A DNA stretch of 64,000 nt, from contig CDROCS010000473.1 of the NCBI GenBank assembly GCA_977020255.1, forward strand, positions 682,001 through 746,000, read 5' to 3'. This document shows, piece by piece, positions 56,205 to 64,000 of the stretch. Source of the DNA: Obrimoposthia wandeli. Taxonomy: Eukaryota. The notes beneath the pieces are model-generated. The model had not been told where the DNA came from and searched no databases. It saw only the letters and a list, made by a program, of their open reading frames with translations. Within the stretch, counting starts at the first letter, position 1; each line of letters begins with the position of its first letter. Both the position numbers and the translations under genes were made by a program.

Positions 56205-57400
56205 GTGGTTTCAACTTGATGTTTATTTACAAAAGTCATGCCACCACATATTCCATTTTCAAAAAATCTATACATTTCAGGATCCTTAAGTAATTCTTAC
56301 TTTACAATCCAATGTTTTTAAGGCACTAGCCCTAGATAAGCCTGGGTAAAAAAAGGGAACATGGTCTAAATCATTCTTAGTCAATTCTTTTTCCCTAAAT
56401 GTCTCAAAAATATCAGATAATAGATCCAACTTTAAATATGCAAGCATATAATCACATAAAGTTTTACAATTCAATTCATAGAGTATACAAGTATTTAAAT
56501 GTGTCACCATACAATATTTTTTTCCGATGTGGCATAGCTATATGGAAACACTCATTTAGATTTTATGTGATGGTTGGAAAACTCTTCACTCGTTAAAGGT
56601 AAGTTAGACATGTAACCAACTAAACGGGCCAAGCTGTCACTCATAAATTGATAAGAGTTGATAAAACGTAAATTATAAAACTCTGTTTTTACTATAAGTG
56701 CCATAAACGTTTCAGTTGATAACGGCACACATCTAATATCTATCTTTCTAATTTTGGAAATATCATACTTCATAATATGATGTAAATCATATTATTTCCA
56801 ATTATGAAATAATACTGGTGAAGTTAGTATTCTACGTAGTCTACGAAATAGATTACATTTAAAACAAGCTGCCCCTAAATATTTATCATCCATGTGGTCA
56901 TGATCACGAACAAACTTATCCTTTGATTTATTGCAGAGGTAGTAAATTTTGACAGCTTTATATTCTCAACAATCAATACGAGTCATTCTTCAATACATTT
57001 TATACCTACATATTGATGATACATATTAAACGTTGGTGTTCTAAACAACATCCCCGATGCAGCAAGTAAATGAATCTGCTTGTGTATATTATTGGGTACC
57101 AACATAGATTCAAAATCTGTATATACAACAAATTTGATAAATCCTCAAACTCTACAAAATTCTTTTTTGGCATTTTGTAAAGCGTTCCACCATGTTTATT
57201 AAGTGCACATAAAATACTATCTTCATAAACAGCTTGTAACTTAAAGCCATGTAAACATTTAAATCTGTTACAGCTATATAATGGAAATTTTCATTTGTTC
57301 TTAGTACTAATAAATTTACTGCTTCATCGGGATTGCGTGTCATGTATATAACACCAATATAATGATGTTCAAATACATCTTGATTTTCATCTTTAAATGT
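55830..57400 (-). pseudogene. Further pPolB remnant with large deletions
   Basis: FVVYTDFESML-like segment, RDHDH, RFINSYQFM, LKLDLLSDIFETFR, GICGGMTFVNKH, GWAL.QP, DDKRKW. Confidence 0.8.
56169..56200. repeat. (TA)n microsatellite
   Basis: Run of about 15 TA units. Confidence 0.95.
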
Positions 57401-58115
57401 GCATCATATTCATATATAAATACATTTATATAAAGATTATTTTGTTGTTTAAATGTTGGAATATCTATAAGCTTTGTAGGTATTTAAGAAGCTTTATATA
57501 TGTATGAAATTACATAAATATTAAATATATTGTGAAACTCTTTGTCTATTTACAACTATTTCATTCCGTTTTTGTATAGCGAGAATACTACATAAAAACA
57601 CAATGAGTCGTAGTTTTACACATTAACAACTGCCTTTGACTGGTATAAATCTTGAGATGTTGGAATATAGCTACTACCACTCATATACATTAGGGGGGGC
57701 TACCACTGTCCTTTAAAACCGTGCATGTGTGTGGAGTGAAATTTTGTGCATGTGTGTTGAGAGAAATGTCGTGTATGTGTGTAGGGAAAACGTTTTTAAA
57801 AAATTGAGAAAGCAACGAATAGGAAGGGGGGGTCCGCCCACATATTTTTTATTTTACTTTGAAATTTACCGCGAATCTTAAAAGTGATTAGAGAAGACCA
57901 CGGGAATCCATATTGGCCCCGGCAGCTTATCGCAGACGAGATTTCAAATAATATGTGAATATATTACTACTATTTTTAAGAAAGATTAATAAATTGCTAC
58001 ATGTTTTTGTTAAATATTTAGGTCAGATTTATAAGAGAAAAATTAAATCAGATCTATATAATTTAGAGGAGAAAACAAAATACGAGTCAAAATTATTTCA
58101 AAACATTTATTAAAC

Positions 58116-58418
58116 CTAAAACATCATATTGGCTTCACTCAAAGTCCAAAGAGGCTGCATTTTCCCGCCATCAGCAAAATATCCATTGAGACGTATTGAG
58201 ATATTCCATAGTTCTTCATCTGGAATTGGAGCAATCAAATATCCTAGATCAAATTTAAAAGCCAGACTGGGATCAGTTTCAAGCTGGAAACAATTTATTT
58301 CATATACATAATCAGGAATATAAAATCCCAAAATATTTTTCAATTGATCAATATCAGATGTTGTTAAAATTTCGATGAGATATTTTTTCTCCACTTTTGA
58401 TATTTTCACAGGATTCAT
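58116..58418 (-). CDS. Copy of IRLxGY..PxW family member A
   Basis: Intact 100-aa ORF near-identical to 18944-19252. Confidence 0.7.
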   Translation of the reverse strand: MNPVKISKVEKKYLIEILTTSDIDQLKNILGFYIPDYVYEINCFQLETDPSLAFKFDLGYLIAPIPDEELWNISIRLNGYFADGGKMQPLWTLSEANMMF

Positions 58419-61297
58419 AACTCGTATAATTTGATGCCTCTTTAATATATTACATAGTTTTCCTTTTTAAATTCTTTCTGGATAATAAAAATTCCTACAC
58501 ATCTCAGAAAAGGATCAATTCTAAAATAAGGAAACTGATTAAAAACCAATGTTTATAAAAAAATACATATAAGATACAAATATTAAAAAAAATAAAACTG
58601 ATTATTAATTGCCAAATGAAAGAAACATAGTAAAAATGAATAAAACCGATTATAATTTATTACATGCAAAAGAAAAAAGTTAAAACATAGGAATAGTATG
58701 TAACCATAAAGTCGAATTGTTACAGTCCATTGCTTCTTTTTTGGAAATGCATCAATATCAACATATCTTCCATAGTCATCTAGAAATGCTTCATCGGCTC
58801 CTCGGATATAAAATTCGTTCTTATTGAAAGTGAAATTTGGAACTGCCTTTTCAACTTTCTGTTTAAGACATTGAAAATCTGGTTTTGAATATTTGATAAA
58901 TAATAGCTGAACTTTCTTCTTTCAATTGTCACAGGATTTACTAAAGCAATCAGTTGAGCCTTCTTCAAGAATCTGACTTAGTATTTGAAATATTGTTTAA
59001 CTTCTTCATACATATCCTTATCTGATTCTTCAAACATTTCTAAATCTTCGAAACCGCTTAATATCCGTTGGCTATCGTGCATAATTGATAATTGTCTTTG
59101 ATATGAATGCATTTATTATGATATGTCTTTCAATGGCGCATTCTTTTATAATAATAATGATATAACAAGAGATAACATTGAAATATTGGTTAGATCACAC
59201 GTTATTCGAGAATTTAGAAATCGAACACAAATAAATAAAATTATAGCCAAATATTCATTAACTAATTTTTGTATTTCATCTACAATAGCTCTAACATTGT
59301 ACATTTCAATAAGGAAACCTTCTATGATAATATAAACAATATTAAAAGTAAAAGAATATATGCAATGGAGCTAAATAATAATGCTATATTTCAAATAATT
59401 GGTCCCATTGAAAGTGGAAAGACACATTTCGTATATAAATTGTTGCAAAATGAATCTCTTTTCAAATCTAGTTGCGGAGCGAATTGCTTTTTATTTTTTG
59501 AAAAAAAAAAAAAGTAGTTGAGCGAAGCTATACTTGGTATATTATATATAGGGTAGCAAACCTGTCGCCAAAAATTTTTTTCTTTTTTTACAAATGGCAG
59601 GCCCCAAAAGGCGCGAAGCGCCTTTTGGGCCTGAAATTTGGCACACTGGTGGTCAACAGATGTGGGTATGTTGGTGATTTTTTTCAAATTTTTCCGTAAG
59701 AAAAATTTTTTTCTTCGATTTTTCAAAAATCCGAAAAAAAACGCGCGATAACACGTTACGATCTTTGAGGGGGGCTCTTCAAAAATTAGAATTTCCCTCG
59801 ACAAAACGTTGGTATAGAAGTGGGAGACTTTTCAATTTTGAGCTCACAAAATGGGAATCAGAATTTTCTGGGTCACTCTGTAGACCTTGGGATTTTCCAA
59901 AGTGACCTCTGAAAAAAACGACTTTTTTTTTCGGCTTTAAATGCAAAAGTCATTAAGGAAATGTTCTCAGAAAAATTCGGTCCAATGAGCAAAGTTGTTG
60001 CCCCAACTCTTATCTCCAACCCCCAGCCAACCGCAGGTTGGCTGGGGCAATATTCACAACTCTGGTCTCTCTTTCCAAAAATCGACCCCCGCCAAGCCCA
60101 AAAAAAGGCCTAAAAATCACAATTTATGGCCTCTGGGGAAAAACCGTTTGCAACGACCTTCCCTTTTTTTGTGATTTTCCTGTTCTATGGTCCAGTGTGC
60201 CTCTATAGGTTCCTTTTAAACAACTTTGAACCGTGGGAATTTACTTTTGCCATCTGGTCTTGAAGGTCTGAAATCGCCTTTTTTAGGTCTTTCAAAAACG
60301 CGGCTTTTTTAGGGAAAACGATTTCTACATCGTATCAGATTTTCAGATTTATAGCGCTCTTAGTCTCGGGCTTGGAACTTTCGAAAACACGGGCTTTTTT
60401 GAAAATGTCGAAATTTCGCTTTTTTTTGCCTTTGGACTGAAAAGTCATTAGAGAAAAGTCCTCAGATAAAATCGATCCAATGAGAACATAAGGTCTCCTC
60501 TCTTTCCTCTACATCATCCAGCAAACCGCGTCGGAATATACTCCATATTCGCAGAGCTAGACCTCTCGAAACAACGGGCTTAGGCCGATTTTCGCTAAAA
60601 AAGGTCGTTTTAGGGGTCAAATGAAATCATTTCAAGTATCTTTAAACGTGTACTTTTAGGAGATTTTCTCAGAATCTCATCTACGTACTTAATAATGATG
60701 ATTTGAGAGGTAACTCAAAAATCGTTCAAAGCGTTTTTCCAAAAAACAGTTCCAAAGTTCGCAAAATGAGGCCTAGCACTCTCTACAAAGTCACTTTTAA
60801 AGTGGCTTTTAAAGACCCACAATGCATCTAGAAACAACTTCAATTATAATAATCGTAAAGACCAGGTCTTAGAGAGCTAGAATATGTAAATATTACTTAA
60901 CAAAAAGAGCCCAATGTTTGTTTTAATGTGCTCCCAAGGTCAGACAGGGGCAGTAGACCTACTCCGCTTTTTTCACATTTTCCACGTAGATCTCAAATCC
61001 TTTTCACTAAACGTTTTCAAATGACGTCTACTGTTTAAGATGTGACTTCTACATTTTTTTTTCTAATTTATTCAGCAAACCGCGCCTGAATATATCCCAA
61101 ATTCGCAGAGCTAGACCTCTCGAAACAACGAGCTTAGGTCGATTATGTCAAAGCATATCTCTTTGTCATAATCTTAAAGAGCAGATTCCAGAGAAGATTA
61201 ATTTTTATATATGAAATCACACAAAATCCACAATAGTAGTTTTAATGGGCTTCCAAAGTACGTCCGCGGCGTTGTGAGAGCTTCTTTGAAAAAATAC

Positions 61298-61790
61298 AAG
61301 TTTTCACTTTTGATATTTATCATTTTTCTGATGGAAAATGAAAGTTGATTCAGTTTTCAAGTTTATTCAAGCTATTCAAAGTCAGTTTTTGAAGGGGATT
61401 TAGAGGATCATCATCATCGAGGCAGATCCCTTTCTCATAATCGTAAAGAGCAGGTTCTAGAGGGGAATAATCTGAATATAGGAAATCACACAAAAGGCTA
61501 GAAGTTTGTTTTTATTGGGATTCCAAAGTAGGTCCTAAGTTTTCACTTTTGATATTTATCATTTTTCTGATGGAAAATGAAAGTTGATTCAGTTTTCAAG
61601 TTTATTCAAGCTATTCAAGTCAGTTTTTGAAGGGGATTTAGAGGATCATCATCATCGAGGCAGATCCCTTTCTCATAATCGTAAAGAGCAGGTTCTAGAG
61701 TGGAAAAATCTGTATATAGGAAATCACACAAAAGGCTAGAAGTTTGTTTTTATTTGGATTCCAAAGTAGGTCCTAAGTTTTCACTTTTTG
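61298..61790. repeat. Tandem duplication of about 239 bp
   Basis: aagttttcacttttgata starts at 61298, 61537 and 61775. Confidence 0.92.
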
Positions 61791-61861
61791 ATAATTAGGC
61801 AAGGAAAATGAAAATTGAGAAAATTTGGCAATCTGACATTTTTTCAAGATTAACTATTTTT

Positions 61862-62870
61862 TCACCCCCACCTTTTTAATTTAAAAAATATTTTCACACA
61901 CTCCACCTTTTTAAGATAAAAAATATTTTCCCATCCCCCACCTTTTCAAGCAAAAAAATATTTTCACACCCCCACCTTTTCAAGCAAAAAAATATTTTCA
62001 GACCCCCCATCTTTACAAACAAAAAAATATATTTCAAACCCCCACACCTTTTCAAGCAAAAAATATTTTCAAACCCCCCCACCTTTTCAAGATAAAATAT
62101 TTTTTCACACACCCCCACCTGATCAGGGCCTAAATAATTTTTAACACCCCCCCACCTTTTCAAGATAAAAAATATTTACCCACTCCCCACCTTTTCAAGC
62201 AAAAAAATATTTTCAGACCCCCCACCTTTTCAAGATAAAAAATATTTTCAGACCCCCCATCTTTACAAACAAAAAAATATATTTCAAACCCCCCCACCTT
62301 TTCAAGCAAAAAAATATTTTCAGACCCCCCCACCTTTTCAAGATAAAATATTTTTTCACACACCCCCACCTTTTCAAGATAAAATATTTTTTCACACAAC
62401 CCCACCTGTTCAAGCCTAAATACTTTATAGCACCCCCCACCTTTTTAAGTCTAAATAAATTTTAGCACCCCCCACCTTTTTAAGTCTAAATATTTTCCCA
62501 CCCCCCTACTTTCAAGCAAAAAAATATTTTCAGACCCCCCACCTTTTCAAGCAAAAAAATATTTTCCTACCCCCCCACCTTTTCAAGCTTAAAAATAATT
62601 TTACACCCCCTACATTTTCAAGATAAAATACTTTTTCACACACCCTCACCTGTTCAAGCCTTAATACTTTTTAGCACCCCCACCTTTTTAAGTCTAAATA
62701 CTTTTTCACACCCCCCACTTTTTCAAGCAAAAAACATTTTTACACACCCCTACCTTTTCAAGCTAAAAAATATTTTTCCACACCCCCCCCCTTTTTAAGC
62801 CAAAATACTTTTTCATAACCAACCACTTTTTCAAACCAAAATATTTTTTCACCCCCCCCCACCTTTTCAA
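61862..62870. repeat. C-rich minisatellite, unit about 32-33 bp, roughly 30 copies
   Basis: Consensus cccccaccttttcaag(c/at)aaaaaatattttca(c/g)a with variant units. Confidence 0.93.
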
Positions 62871-62930
62871 GCAAACATATATTGTGCACCAGTACTAATT
62901 CAATCGCTCCGCATCAAAAAAAAGCTACTT

Positions 62931-63290
62931 TCTAGTTTCAAAAATATTTATTGGCATCTTGGTGGAGGTGGGGAAAGCGGATTAACCAAAACAGAAGTTT
63001 GCAAGTTGAAGGGAATACAATTTATTGAAGGATTTGATGCAAATTAGTGTGAAAGATTGAAAAAAGAAGATGTAATAATAGTTGATGATTTGTATCAGGA
63101 GGCTAACAAGGAATCGTATTTTATGTAATTTATTTACAAAGATTGCAAGACATCGTGAAGTAACAGTTATATTTATCACTAAAAATCTTTTTCACAAAGG
63201 AGGTTACCATAGAACAAGAAATCTTAATGTACATTACTTAGTTTTATTTAAAAATCCTAGAGATCAAACAGTTGTAGAGAACAATTATAA
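62931..63290 (+). pseudogene. Packaging ATPase remainder
   Basis: IIVDDLYQE Walker B; ARHREVTVIFIT; NVHYLVLFKNPRDQ, then a deletion into the core gene. Confidence 0.85.
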
Positions 63291-63529
63291 AAAATAAATT
63301 TGCAATCAAAATTAGGAAAGGATTAACTTTCATCTAAGAACAATAAACTAATATCAACTTTTAAGAAGCATGCGCTTGATGAACTTGATAATGTTTTACC
63401 TGAAGTTGCTAATTTGATTAGAAAACGTAAATCAAATAAAAGCCAAGGAGGTAGTGGATTTAAAAGTAAAAAGAAGCAAAAAATCAATATAAACAAACGT
63501 AAGAAAGTTAAAGGAACAATATTTGCAAA

Positions 63530-63860
63530 ATGAGTTGTGCCAAAACTGAATTGTGTATTTTTGATAAACCGCTTCCACAAGTAGTTGTAGATAATGCTTC
63601 CTTTGAAGAAATATTTCTAGTTAACTCAGTTTCAGGAACCACTTTAACCGATTTAGAATTTAATATTAATGGTTCCAATAGCGAGTATATAGATTTGAAT
63701 TATAATTTGCTTTATGTTCAAATAAAAGTATTAAATCGGGATGGTACTAATTTTGAGGAAAATACCAATGTAACACCTGTAAATTATCTCTTTAATTCTT
63801 TATTTAGTGATGCCACTGTTACTCTTAATAATGTTAAAATTGTTGGGGTTTCTATACGAA
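63530..63860 (+). pseudogene. Major capsid protein N-terminal fragment
   Basis: MSCAKTELCIFDKPLPQV..., truncated after TLNNVKI. Confidence 0.88.
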
Positions 63861-64000
63861 ACTTGGTATAGAGCCTCTTATGTGCGGAGGACCCCAACGT
63901 GAGTTCGATTAGAAGCAGGTCTTAAAGTTGGTCGTGGCCTACTTAGTGTTATGGTTGCCTAATCTCTTGTACTATCTGAAGGTATTTGATTTGATGTCTC

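Larger units (their letters stand above)
59474..62929. mobile_element. Non-coding insertion of about 3.45 kb in the Polinton ATPase gene
   Basis: tctagtt is duplicated on both sides (single at 21131-21137 in the uninterrupted copy); gcggagcga/tcgctccgc inverted motifs near the ends; right end ...gctact. Confidence 0.7.
57706..63860 (+). mobile_element. Polinton family A copy 3 (left region, interrupted ATPase, core, MCP start)
   Basis: 57706-59473 parallels 18586-21135 with the TBP-like gene deleted; 62931-63860 resumes ATPase, then core and MCP N-terminus. Confidence 0.88.

Noticed and set aside
61894-62440. ORFs with repeated LKRWG/EKVG peptides
   Set aside because: They are simply translations of the minisatellite.

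Overview
AT-rich eukaryotic, probably metazoan, genomic window: it has short GT-AG introns, DHX15- and NUB1-like host genes and a BEL/Pao element. It is dominated by at least five decayed Maverick/Polinton (adintovirus-like) remnants from about three families, at roughly 1-3250, 3500-10050, 18542-27410, 27420-37996 and 55830-63860. These carry pPolB, integrase, packaging ATPase, adenain-like protease, major and minor capsid and core/pX-like genes. They are interleaved with a six-exon DHX15/Prp43-like gene (11958-17413), the 5' part of a NUB1-like gene (50113-51478), Ty3/gypsy, BEL/Pao, piggyBac and Tc1-like remnants, and several tandem repeats. The most unusual signal is an accessory module shared by two divergent Polinton families. 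It comprises a compact TBP-like gene with a mini-intron at an equivalent position, a head-to-head family of small beta-rich proteins (possibly SSB-like), and a spliced C2H2-like zinc-finger gene upstream of pPolB (with acidic Trp repeats in one copy); one family also carries a pseudophosphatase. All protein-family calls come from motif recognition by eye; no database searches were run, and boundaries of decayed elements are approximate.
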